64,000 nucleotides of DNA from Octopus sinensis (taxonomy: Eukaryota): positions 49,724,001 to 49,788,000 of the forward strand of contig NC_043013.1 of the NCBI RefSeq assembly GCF_006345805.1, read 5' to 3'. The notes beneath the pieces are model-generated. The model ran no database searches, was not told the DNA's origin, and saw nothing but the letters and a program-made list of their open reading frames with translations. How positions within the stretch are numbered: position 1 is the first letter of the stretch; every line of letters starts with the position of its first letter. The position numbers were made by a program, and so were the translations under genes. Below are positions 51,576-63,714 of the stretch, in pieces.

Positions 51576-51774
51576 GGATGCTATATACTATATTAATGTA
51601 CTAAATATGAAATGGTTCAAATAATCCAGTATAAAGACAGAAGGTAGCGTCAAGAAAATTCACTCCGTGAGGGATCAATTAAACTGCCTGATGTGTCGAA
51701 ACAACTGTTATGGTTAATAATAAATTCTCGTATATTCCATCTTCCATTTGCCATATATATATATATATATATAT

Positions 51775-52107
51775 ACTCTTTTACTCTTTTACTTGTTTCA
51801 GTCATTTAACTGCGGCCATGCTGGAGCACCGCCTTTAATCGGGACTTATTCTTTGTAAGCCCAATACTTATTCTATCGGTCTCTTTTGCAGGGGACAAAT
51901 ACAGACACACAAACACACACACGCATATATATATATATACATATATACGACGGACTTCTTTCAGTTTCAGTCTACCAAATCCACTCACAAGGCTTTGGTC
52001 GGCCCGAGGCTATAGTAGAAGACACTTGCCCAAGGTGCCACGCAGTGGGACCGAACCCGGAGCCATGTGGTTGGTAGACAAGCTACTTACCACACAGCCA
52101 CTCCTGC

Positions 52108-52110
<3 letters not shown>
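51775..52110 (-). mobile_element. SINE family A with internal deletions
   Basis: Reverse-complement match. Confidence 0.85.
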
Positions 52111-52172
<62 letters not shown>

Positions 52173-52651
52173 CAGGGTGTTTGGACTAAATTTGATTGTA
52201 CATAAAAGGAAAAGAAAACAGTATGCCTTCCAAAAATAATATATTTAAAAAAATCAAAATATATCAACTAATTTGTGGCTGGGAGATAACAGTTTACTTG
52301 AAGTGGATTCAGAAAAAGAAAGTTTAAGGATAGAAAGTGAAGGAAAGGGTCTGGATAGTGTACTTTGCGATGATGGTTCAATGAATCGAGGTGTATAACT
52401 TTAGGGACAGAGAGAGGGCAGTGATGTTATATGCAAAGAAACAAAATATTTATTTAACTCTGTAGGGAAGAAATAAGGAGGTCTATAACAAGGTGGAAGA
52501 AGGAGAGAAATTGGTAATCGTTAAGTGCTAAGACAACTCTAAATAGTGTACTTCATGTAAGTTCAAAAAAATCGAAATATATACGTAACTTTAAGAATGT
52601 TCAGAGAGAGAAAGTAATTGCAAATTGACATGCAAATTCCAAACCAATTTC

Positions 52652-53069
52652 GGATCTTTTCAGTTTGAACGGCAGTTTTCAACATAATTTCTAGGTAACT
52701 AAAAAATTTTAAACTTCGTATACTGGTAGAATGTGTTTATAAAACATCTTTTTCTCTTGGCTTTATTGAGAAAATTCTATGGTTTGTAAGATATTTGCTG
52801 TTGTTTTTTCTTCAATTTCTGCAATTTCAACCAATCAATGACGTCCATTGAGGTAAAAAAAAAACATTCTGTGCCGTATGAATATGTCCCTCGTTTAAGA
52901 AACAGATTGGGTTTATTTACATTTGTGAAGAAAAAAAAAAGATACCCTTCCCCCACCCCTAACCCTAAAACAGATTGAAATGCAATAGATCGATTCTAGG
53001 GTCATAATTATGGGTGACAGTTTCATATGACACCGCTAGAAAAAACTGCCGTTCAAACCGAAAAGATCC
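52652..53069. mobile_element. 8-bp-TSD MITE, copy 3
   Basis: Same TIRs; TSD ccaatttc/caaatttc (1 mismatch). Confidence 0.9.
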
Positions 53070-53867
53070 CAAATTTCTCTTACCTATCAAATATTTTTGT
53101 TTAATTTTCGGAGCTGTCAATTTGCAATTACGGAAAGACTTCCGTCCGTCCCCACTACCCAAATTTGTTTATTTTATTATTATTTTTTTTTACCAAAATT
53201 TCCCGTTTTCGGATACGGAGGTTTCGTAAAATTGCCAAAAATCGGCATTGTGAAATTCCACCCACCCACCACAACTTATTCAATTTTGACTTGTTTCCCT
53301 AACACTAAACCCTAACCCTAAAACACTAACCGTAAGTACAGAAATGTTTTGAAATTTTCATCCGAATCATAATGTCCGTATTTTTCCGCATATTTTGAAA
53401 AAAAAAAAAATTCTTTAAAAATTCTGAAAAAAGTGAAAAAAAGGAAGGAAATGGGGATGGGGTGGTGATAATTTAGAAATGTCGATTTTTGCCATTTTTT
53501 TTTTTTTTTTCAGATTCGTATTCCCCGTGGCCGAAAAGTGTGTGGGGGGATTCGAAATACGATGCACTCTTCATAAATTAATGCTCTTGGGAAATTAAAA
53601 CAAATAAATCACTTATAATGATCTTTTAACAACTATTTTTAAGCATTAAGTTGCTCGTTTCGCTACTGTAGTCTTATTTTTGTACATTCCCAGTAACATT
53701 TTTTAATTTCACTTTTAATCCCATTCTTACAATATTCCCTAAAATGAAAAATCGCTAAGTTTAGCTGGTGAAAGCGATTAGGCATGTTTCGATTTTGTTA
53801 TATTTCAGTTGGCAAGACCAAGATAATAATCAGTAATATAAAGGAAAGTAGTCACAGAACAAAGTCG

Positions 53868-54171
53868 GGTACTACTAGCGAACAGTGGTCCCGGTGTGCG
53901 CCCTCGCGTACCCGTGCCAGCTAGTCATAACTAGTCGATCCTTTGTGTTTTTGAGTTATTTACTTTGTTTAAAAAATTATTTACTTTGTGTTTTTGTGTT
54001 TTATTTACTTTGTTTAACAAAAGTTATTTAATTTGTGTAAAAAAATTATTTATTTTGTGTTTTATTTACTTTGCTAAGTAGTCGTTGTGGGATCGACTAC
54101 TTACGACTAGCTAGCTCGGATGCGCGACTGCGCGTGTGCGCGCACCGGGACCACTTTTCGCTAGTAGTACC
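53868..54171. mobile_element. MITE with GGTACTACTAGCGAA termini and 8-bp TSD
   Basis: ~35-bp TIRs; caaagtcg at 53860-53867 and 54172-54179; AT-rich internal subrepeats. Confidence 0.9.
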
Positions 54172-54282
54172 CAAAGTCGCTGAAAGAAATTACGTTAGGG
54201 GAATATTTTGTCTACTAAATAATAACACATATACTACAATCTCAGTAAACTTATCCTTGGCAAATCAAAAGATAAAACTCAC

Positions 54283-54370
54283 CGTAGGAGTATCCACTCA
54301 TCCAAATTTTGGTAAATAAGGACAATGCAGTTTGAAGTGGATCTTGTGTTTGAAGCTTTCTGGTGAAAAC
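54283..54370 (-). CDS. Candidate first exon of the minus-strand gene, tentative
   Basis: Strong donor TACG/gtgagt; frame ...FTKIWMSGYSY loosely like RHEB KIAILGYRSV. Upstream end interrupted by a SINE. Confidence 0.25.
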
Positions 54371-54589
54371 GGCCTGCCGTTACGTTCTGGGTTCAAATTC
54401 CGCCGAGGTCGACTTTGCCTTTCATCCTTTCGGGGTCGATTAAATAAGTAACTGTTACGCACTGGGGTTCGATTAAATAGGTACCAGTTACGCACTGGAG
54501 TCGATGTAATCGGCTTAATCCCTTTGTCTGACCTTGTTTGTCCCCTTGTGGGTAGTAGAGAAATAGATATTTTTTCCATCTCGAACTCC

Positions 54590-54962
54590 GAGCCCTAGAA
54601 GTACCCGAGTGACTGGGAATAATAACGTTATGCTGGATACCTATGGACTATCAGAATACTTGGAAGTTTGACAAGACCTTCTTCTGCCTCGTGGATCCTC
54701 CTGCAACGGCTTTCCGGAACGTCTTCCTACTGCCGGCATCAGTTGTTAGTTGTCGGAGCAGTGCATCCTTCAAAACTTCCATGCTTCCTGTGAGATTCGC
54801 CAACACTACACCTGATCTTCTCCCCTTCATACACACGCAAGCATGTATCTGACTCGTACACTGTTCGCTTTCCAGACATCACTGCATATACTTTATACGC
54901 ACTTTCTGACAAGTTGTGGGGCACCTGAGCACTGTATGCAATAATTTCATTATTATTATTAT
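54590..54962 (+). mobile_element. Short element with CR1-derived 3' tail
   Basis: 54728-54960 matches the reverse complement of 31990-32260; (ATT)n tail. Confidence 0.75.
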
Positions 54963-54964
54963 TC

Positions 54965-55396
54965 TCAAAGCATCGTTTCATTTTCAGGGACCCGGAAATG
55001 AAAAAAGAGTCAAGGTTTCCTGAACCTTTATGAAAGATTTTGGATGATTTACGAAAAACAGTAAGATTTTAATAGGGGTTCTGGCGATCTTACGGAGGTT
55101 TCCCCTGTAATTTTTATATCGATTCCCAAGAATTAAATTTGCTGCTCAAAATCTGGGAAATATTTACAATTCCGGTTCATAAAAATTCGAGTTAAGCTAG
55201 GATGTTTATATTCGTAAACGAAATAATTTCCTAAAAATATATATCGGGTAAAAACGTATAACATATTATAATTAAATATAAAAAATAATATTGGTATTAT
55301 TTACTTGAAGAAATATTTATTTGATGATCGTATTTTCATTGTTATTATTTTTGCTATAGTTGGTTTAAAAAGGAAACAAGCTGAGCTGACAACAAA
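54965..55396. promoter_or_regulatory. Putative ATG12 promoter/5'UTR, possibly bidirectional
   Basis: Unique, CpG-containing DNA directly upstream of the ATG12 start; ETS-like CCGGAAAT at 54992-54999. Position-based inference only. Confidence 0.4.
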
Positions 55397-55511
55397 ATGT
55401 CGGAAAGTGAAACTGTTGAAAACTTGGAGACGACCACATCACCTGTTGTCCACGCAGTGGCTGACACAGGCGCCCCTCCACAGAGTCCTTCACACCAGAC
55501 TAAAGTTAAAG
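55397..55511 (+). CDS. ATG12: Ubiquitin-like protein ATG12, exon 1
   Basis: aacaaaATG; MSESETVENLETTTSPVVHAVADTGAPPQSPSHQTKVK + G/gttagc (phase 1) joins the next exon in frame. Low-complexity N-terminus ending in K is typical of ATG12. Confidence 0.8.
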
Positions 55512-56217
55512 GTTAGCTGCTAATTACTATTTATTCCCTTAAGGTATACATAAGGTCTTGTGAATTTGCTGGAGCCCGATGTCTCTTCGACGTTCAGTTT
55601 ATGCGATGTAACCCAGGCATCGATTCTTGATCGATACTGCTTAGACATGTCTAATGATTTCCAGATGATGAGTATGCCACACCGTTCTATATATTGCAAG
55701 GCATTAAACAGACTGGTATATGTATTTAGATAAGGTGTGCTGTGAGAGAAATAAACGATTAGTGAAGGATTCCTTCAACACTGCTACGGGAAATTTTAAT
55801 ATGGACAAATATGTTTTATTGTATGTATTGGAATACGTTTGACATTCATAAAGGTCCACTCGGACTATTTCACTGGAATTGTTATAACTCAGATGTCAAT
55901 CTTACTCAGTACTTGTCTGTCTGTGTGTCTATGTTTTTTTTTTGTTTTGTTTTACGCTTTTAATCTTTTTACTCGACCGATTTCTGTACACTTTGTATAC
56001 TTTTGTATATTTATCTATCTTTCCGTTCGTTTTTTTTCTTCTATGTTTCTACGATGTTGTGTCCCGTTGTCTATCGATTTATATGACTTATAATTTATCT
56101 GCATTTATATACCTGTCTGTCTACCTAATTATGATTTTCTGTTTCTTTCCATTACCCCACCCCCTTCTCATACACACACATTTATCTATTTTTCTATTGA
56201 ATTCATCCATGCTATAG

Positions 56218-56354
56218 TCGATGTACTTTTGAAACCTGCTGGCGATGCTCCTATCATGAAAAAGAAGAGATGGGCTGTCGAACGGAGTATGAAAGTCGCC
56301 TCAATATGTGAATTTATAAAGAAATATATCAAGTGTGATCCCGCCGACTCTATG
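56218..56354 (+). CDS. ATG12: ATG12 exon 2
   Basis: tatag/TC GAT...ATG/gtatgt; 137 nt. VDVLLKPAGDAPIMKKKRWAVERSMKVASICEFIKKYIKCDPADSM vs human [40 protein letters not shown]. Confidence 0.96.
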
Positions 56355-56879
56355 GTATGTAATTACTCATTCTATGTCCTTCATGGTAATGAAAAATATC
56401 CACCACGTAGTTGATGTCACTGGGTTATTATGTTACATAGTTTGTAACAGTCAGAGCAGTCCATGTTCCCAACCTACAACACTACAAGCCACTTCTCAAT
56501 TTGCAATGCTATCCCTACACTGCAGTATCCAATTTTAACAGTTGATAGGTTTGTTTCACTGTGCAGTTGAAAGGCTAAAACCCCAACATCTCAATTGATT
56601 GTCTCAAGTACATTAATCACCTATGTTTATTCCACCCAATGGTCTTGAGTTCAAAGCCTTTGTGTCTTCTGAAGAACACAACAAAAGTATGTTTAGTTGT
56701 GATGGGGAGAAAAATATTTCAAATTTGGAGAGGCAGTGTTCTCTAAGTCTACAGATTATATCTGCTTGTTTCAACATGCATGACAGTTGAGATGTTAATA
56801 GCAGGAACAATAATATCCCACAGGATCCTGCAGTTCGTATACAAAATATCTAAAATTTGTAAAAGTATGAGTAAATTAA

Positions 56880-57636
56880 GGATCTTTTCTGTTTGAACAG
56901 CAGTTTTTAACATAATTTTTAGGTAACTAAAAAATTTTAAACTTCGTATACTGGTAGAATGTGTTTATAGAACATCTTTTTCTCTTGGCTTTATTGAGAA
57001 AATTCTATAGTTTGTAAGATATTTGTTGTTTTTTTCTTCAACTGGCTTTTTTTTTCTTCGACTGGCGTCCATGCCGGCGGCACGTAAAAAGCACCATCCG
57101 AATCGTGGCCGAAGCCAGTGCCGCCTCGACTGGCTTCCGTGCCGGTGGCATGTAAAATGCACCAATCCGACCGTGGCCGATGCCAGCCTCGCCTGACACC
57201 TGTGCAGGTGGCACATAATAAGCACCCACTACACTCACGGAGTGGTTGGCATTAGGAAGGGCATCCAGCTGTAGAAACATTGCCAGATAAGAATGGAGGC
57301 TGGTGCAGACTTCTGGCTTCCCAGATCCCCGGTCGAACCGTCCAACCCATGCTAGCATGGAGAATGGACGTAAACGATGATGATGATGATTTCTGCAATT
57401 TCAACCAATCAGTGACCGTCTATTGAGGTGAAAACATTCTGTGCCATATGAATATGTCCCTCGTTCAAGAAACAGATTGCGTTTATTTACATTTGTGAAG
57501 AAAAAAAATGCCCTTCCCCCCACCCCTAACCCTAACACAGATTGAAATGCAATAGATCGATACTAGGGTCACAATTATGGGTGGCAATTTCATATGACAC
57601 CGCTAGAAAAAACTGCCGTTCAAACCGAAAAGATCC
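56880..57636. mobile_element. 8-bp-TSD MITE, copy 4, with a family-B SINE nested at ~57045-57390
   Basis: TSD taaattaa on both sides; MITE sequence resumes (ttctgcaatttc) after the (GAT)n tail. Confidence 0.9.
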
Positions 57637-58413
57637 TAAATTAATGTGCCCTTACATCTTTTGGATTTAGAGGACTTTTGAATTAGTGTGGGAAAAGGCC
57701 ATTTTTCCGTGATAAATAGGAGTCAAGTGGTTTGTATGTTTTTAGATATTATTTTGTTGAGAATTCCTCCTGAAACATTTTGTTGAGATGAGGTCTCACA
57801 CAAATTTTTATGTGATATAAATTAGTTTTAGAGTGCAATACTGCGTCATAGAATTGGGTTCCAGTCATACCGGACTGTCTTATTGCTTCCAGGATGTGAC
57901 CATTACAATGGGTCTGATGGTAGCCAAATATTATATACTAGCACTATGATCCAGCAACGCCGGGTCATAGTGCTAGTGCATGCATTTACAGCTGTGTGCG
58001 TGCGTGCGCACATACACACGAGTACTGTCCAAACCTCCAACCAATCACACACAGCTAACTGGCATTCAATTGGCGTATCAAGTTTCGGGCATTCTGATTG
58101 GGTTTTGGATAGAAAATTCACAAAAAAAGTCACTTCTATTGATTTTTTTAATGGCTTTACGGGGTGACTGGGGAAATGTAAAGATGTGCACGACCACCTT
58201 TGGACGGTTTTGAATGACCATAGAAAGTGCGAGCCCTTTAACTGGAAAATTGTGGATTTGTATAAAGGACACACACACATTTTGCCGTTTATATATAGAA
58301 AGATTAGTAACTGTGTTATAAACTAACTGTAGGAAGGACAAATAGCTGTATGTGGAATCTTGTATCACCAATATTTGTTGATTAATGTTATTTTTTTTGG
58401 TTTGTTTTGACAG

Positions 58414-58476
58414 TTCCTGTATGTGAGGCAGTCATTTGCACCCTCTCTAGACACATCTGTTGGCATATTGTTTGAT
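58414..58476 (+). CDS. ATG12: ATG12 exon 3
   Basis: ttttgacag/TTC...GAT/gtaagt; 63 nt. FLYVRQSFAPSLDTSVGILFD vs human [21 protein letters not shown]. Confidence 0.96.
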
Positions 58477-58724
58477 GTAAGTTACATAGTTTTCTTGCTT
58501 TCCTATTTCTACAATTTATCTCTCATATATCCAGCATGGATAAATAGAGTTTATACTAGATATAGTTAGTCAGATTATGTAATTCATAGATTCCGTTTAT
58601 CCCAAGATTGATAAGATAATGAGCAATAATATGTTGAGTCTATGTGTTAATATGTGCATGCACACACACACACACACACACAAATAAACTTACACAAAAT
58701 GAAAATTTCTACAAACAAACAATT

Positions 58725-58945
58725 ACTCTTTACTCTTTTACTTGTTTCAGTCATTTGACTGCGGCCATGCTGGAGCACCGCCTTTAGTCGAGCAAATCGA
58801 CCCCAGGACTTATTCTTTGTAAGCCCAGTACTTATTCTATTGGTTTCCTTTGCCGAACCGCTAAGTGACGGGGACGTAAACACACCAGCATCGGTTGTCA
58901 AGCTAGGTGGACAAACACAGACACACAAACACTCACATATATATA

Positions 58946-58994
<49 letters not shown>

Positions 58995-59155
58995 TATACA
59001 ACGGGCTTCTTTCAGTTTCCGTCTATCAAATCCACTCACAAGGCATTGGTCGGCCCAGGGCTATAGCAGAAGACACTTGCCCTAAGTGCCATGCAGTGGA
59101 ACTGAACCCGGAACCATGTGGTTGGTTAGCAAGCTACTTACCACACAGCCACTCC
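58725..59155 (-). mobile_element. SINE family A
   Basis: Reverse-complement match. Confidence 0.9.
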
Positions 59156-59799
59156 ATACAGATTGTATGTGTTTGCATGATATATTGCATTTGGATCACA
59201 TTAAATATCTTCCAGTAACTTGAAGTTTTTCAAATTTTTACCAGATTATTTTTTAACAAAATGTATTACTAAAGTAATTTTCCTTGCTAATGATGAAAAA
59301 TGGATTCATTTTTTTTCCTAGCAATTAGGAAGTTACAAGCATTTAAAGTTATGTAATTTTAGCTAATTGAAAGTGTCTATTATTATTGTTTATGACATGG
59401 AAATCAGCACATGTGAAATATTTATGTTGTCTCTTGACCTGCTAGAAATAGCAGCCCAGTCTTCCTTAAACTACACCATAACATCTAAAAAAACAAAAAG
59501 GATGAAACATTGTATCACAGCACTGTTTATTTCTTTGCTCAAGGCAGACTCAAGTGCTTTCCACTTCATCAATCATCATCAACATTTCATGTCTATTTTC
59601 CGTGCTGGCATGGATTGGACAGTTTGACTGGAACCAACCAGCTGCAGAGCTGCCCAGGGGCCGGTTGTCTGTTTTGGCATTGTTTCTACAGCTGGATGCA
59701 CTTCTTAATGCCAACCATTTCACAGGGTGTACTGGGCGCTTTTACATGGCACCAGTACAGAAGCATTTACATGGCACCAGAACTTGTAAGCCCTCAAAG

Positions 59800-61240
59800 C
59801 AGAGGACATCTCAGCTAAAACAGAGAGACATAGAGGACATACATGTGTGTATGGACAGCCACAGATTTACTTAGCTTGACAGGTTTCCTCAAGCACAACA
59901 AACCACCAGAAGTTTCAATCCCTTGTCATCTCTATGAGCCTCAACACCTGAAGATCCTTTTTCACCACTTCATCCCACGTCTTCTTTGCTTTACCTCTTC
60001 CACAAATTTCCTCCACAATTACAAATCAGCACTTCTTTATGCAACTGTCTGCATCCATATGCATTGCATGATCATACCAGCACAATCTTCTCTCTTGCAC
60101 ATTTGCCTCTTATACCCAATTTCTCTCTTAACTCAATTACACTCTGTCGTACATGCACACTGACATTACTCATCCAGAGGAATATACTGGCTTCACCTTT
60201 TTTCAAGCCTTTGCATGTCATAGCCCGTGTTTCACTACCATGCAGCATAGCTGTATACACACGGGCATCATACAATCTGCCTTTCACTCTTATGGAAAGG
60301 CCTTTTGTTACCAACAAAGATAGCAGATCTCTGAACTTGGCCCACCCTGTTCTTATTCTAGCAGCCAAGCTTTCATAACTTCCTCCTCTAATGCTAACTT
60401 GGTTGCCTAGATAACAGAAGCTATCTGCTACTTCTAAGGATCCTCCCAGACACTTGAGGAAGTCTATTCTCTGTACATTCCTAACTTTTATTGTACCTGC
60501 ACATCTACCACACACAAAGATTATTTTGTTAACCTTCCTGTGATACCACTGCACCCTTTGAGTCCATAGCTGAGTACATTGTATGGAGTTTCTACCAACA
60601 CCTTTCCTCCATATTGTGTAGGATATCATCTCCCTGAAGGGATTTGAAATTTGTCTGTTTTCCCACTTACTAGGACTTTGGTCTTTGCTAAATTAACTCT
60701 AAGGTCCTTCAATTCCAGACCTCATTTCCATGCCTCTTCTCTAGTTCTGGTAGTGATTCAGCAATAAGAACAAGGTCATCAGCATAGAGGAGCTCCCAAG
60801 GGCAACCAGTCTTAAATTCCTGTTATGGCCTGGAGGACTGATAAACAAGAAGGGGCTGAGAATCAATCCTTGGTGAAATCCTTCTTGTTCACTAAATTCA
60901 TTGCCAACCTTCACCTTACTAACAGCATCCTTGTACATGGTTTGTACAGCTCTCACCAACCACTCACCTATCCCTAGCTTCTGCACTCACTACCAATTAA
61001 GGGAGCACAGGACTCTACCAAAAGGCTTTCTTCAGGCCTGCAAAAGCCAAATACAGAGGTTAAATATTTCTCCTGCAGTTGCCTTGCAAAGAAGATAGCA
61101 TTAGTAATGCATTTCCTTGGCACAAAACCAAATTGCATTTCATCCAGGTTAACTCTCTTCTTAATTATTTGAGTTATAACTCTCTCTGTAACTTTCATGA
61201 CCTGGTCCAACAATTTGGTATCGTTGTAATTATTTCTGTG
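59800..61240 (-). mobile_element. RTE LINE reverse transcriptase remnant
   Basis: LDEMQFGFVP...QKLGIGEWLVRAVQTMYKDAVSKVKVG...HQG.ILSPFLF...FCYLG...ARIRTGWAKFRDL. Confidence 0.88.
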
Positions 61241-61379
61241 TAAGAAATAATTAATATTTTAAACATCTGATGGATCGTGTGTTTTCCCTGTCTTCATATC
61301 CTTAATTGCTTTATCTACCAAGTGCTGTCGATTTGGATAGCTGGTCCCTCAGTTGGGTCTACATTAGGCAGACTCTCCT

Positions 61380-61790
61380 TCTTTGATTCTTACTTGATTA
61401 TTGTCTACTTTGTTGTTGGTGATACACTCGCCTCCTTATGAGAGCTCAAAATCTCTCGTGGAAGCGCCATCCAACCAAAATGCAAATATATGGGAAACTA
61501 CCACCTGTGTCATCTCTTGTGAAAGGTAGGAGAGTCCAGTTTGCTGGACATTGTTGTAGAGCTGGAAACGAGGCAATTTCTACTCTTCTCCTCTGGAAGC
61601 CATCTACTCACGATGCCAGAGGGCGCACACTCTCCTACCCTGATGTAATCTCCAAGGATACAGGCATCCAGCAACAGGACCTCCGTAATGCCATGATGGA
61701 CCGTGAAGTCTGGCGTAGCATGGTAAATTCCATTGTCTCGACCACGGTCGAACAATGATGATGATGATGCAGTGGTTTTCTTGTTAGCCT
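61380..61790 (+). mobile_element. RTE-like LINE 3' end with (GAT)n tail
   Basis: RRVQFAGHCCRA...LLLWKP...RGRTLSYPDVISKDTG...AMMDREVWR. Confidence 0.8.
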
Positions 61791-61966
61791 ACCACACCCT
61801 TTATTTCTTCTTCTAATAACATATGATGGATGACAGTGGCAACGTCAGAGGGCACCTTTTTGATGCAAGTGCCACATTAATGTATAAAACAAGAAATATT
61901 ATATAACTTTTTATATGGGACTTTTGCATGCAGTGTTGTTAATAAAGGAGCAGTACCAACTGGTCA

Positions 61967-62190
61967 TTAACCCTTTAGCATTTAAACTGGCCATGTCCGG
62001 CCCAAATTTTCTACTTCTTTTATGTCCAAACCACCAGATCTGGCCTCTCACTCATATCCTACAATGTCATCCTCAATATAAACCATCACATCATCAAATT
62101 CTCAGAGCTACAAGATAATGCAGGATTAATTGAAAACAATGTGAATGAAAAAACATATTTGACAGAGTAATCTGGACGCTAAAGGGTTAA
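61967..62190. mobile_element. piggyBac-type MITE
   Basis: ttaaccctttagc...gctaaagggttaa. Confidence 0.8.
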
Positions 62191-62469
62191 AGATGTACTA
62201 AACTCTTTCTTTGTTTTCTTACTTGGATTATATACATGTTTGTGTGTATACATACATAATTATACACACACACACACACTCACATCTATTTAAGAATTGG
62301 GATTCAAAAATCAAACAGAGCTCACAGTAAGCTCCCCGTCTGGTACATGACTATCAAGAAATGACATAGTTATGGCTGGGATATAGCCACACCACTGTTC
62401 TCAAAATCCAGGAATTGCAATGGTGAAGAGTATAAAAATTGACCAGATATACTCTTTTTTTTTTTTTTT

Positions 62470-62676
62470 GACTCTTTTTACTTGTTTCAGTCACTTGACT
62501 GCGGCCATGCTGGAGCACCGCCTTTAATCGAGCAACTCGACCCCGGGACTTATTCTTTGTAAGCCCAGTACTTATTCTATCGGTCTCTTTTAGCCGAACT
62601 GCTAAGTGACGGGGACATAAACACACCATCGGTTGTCAAGCGATGTTGGATGGGACAAACACAGACGCACAAACAT

Positions 62677-62707
<31 letters not shown>

Positions 62708-62875
62708 TATTTATATATATACGACGGGCTTCTTTCAGTTTCCGACTACCAAATCCACTCACAAGGCTTTGGTTGGCCTGAGGTTGTAGTAGAAGACACT
62801 TGCCCAAGGTGCCACGCAGTGGGACTCAACCCGGAACCATGTGGTTGGTAAACAAGCTACTTACCACACAGCCAA
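62470..62875 (-). mobile_element. SINE family A
   Basis: Reverse-complement match. Confidence 0.9.
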
Positions 62876-63714
62876 TGAGAAGTGAAGTGAAAGAATTGAT
62901 GCTTATTCTATTAGTTTACAGCTGTTTTGTAATCTCTGTTTGGTACATAAGTGACACTACATCATCCATCACACATATATAAATAAATAAATATACTTAT
63001 GAATTTATACACCCATAAATATAAATGCGTTGTAACATAATGAACAGACTACACTTCAGAACATTTCATAGCAGGTTAAAACATCAGACCCTGCTGTGGA
63101 TAGTAAATTGTTTCATTTTATAGTTAGAGACAATAAATCATCATCATCATCATCATTATCATCGTTTAGCGTCCGCTTTCCATGCTGGCATGGGTTGGAC
63201 GGTGCAACTGGGGTCTGGGAAGCCAGAAGGCTGCACCAGGCCCAGTCTGATCTGGCAATGTTTCTACAGCTGGATGCCCTTCCTAATGCCAACCACTCCG
63301 TGAGTGTAGTGGGTGCTTTTTATGTATTCGGTTATTGTAGAAGACTCTTGCCCAAGGTGGCATGCATTGGTACTGAACCTGAAACGACCTGGTTGGAAAA
63401 CAAGCTTCCTAACCATGCAGCCATGCCTGCATATATTATTCTTGTATCTGGGGCACTACCTTGAATGAATCAACCCTAGCACTTATCTGTTTTAAGTTTA
63501 GTACTTATTCTATTGGTCTTTATTGCCAAACCTCTAAGTTACAGCAGGGACCTTTTTGTCTGCATGTTGTGTATTGAGATTGATTGTTATTTGAAGTCTT
63601 ATGCCCTTTAAGATTTTTGTTTTTCACATTTTTCTATTTTTTTCTGTAACCTTGTCATACATGTATTTATGCACAACTGTCTTTTGCATACATACATACA
63701 TACATATATATATC

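Noticed and set aside
54200-55390. AP3S1 as divergent partner of ATG12, as in vertebrates
   Set aside because: No MIKAILIFNNHGKPRL-like exon seen on the minus strand.
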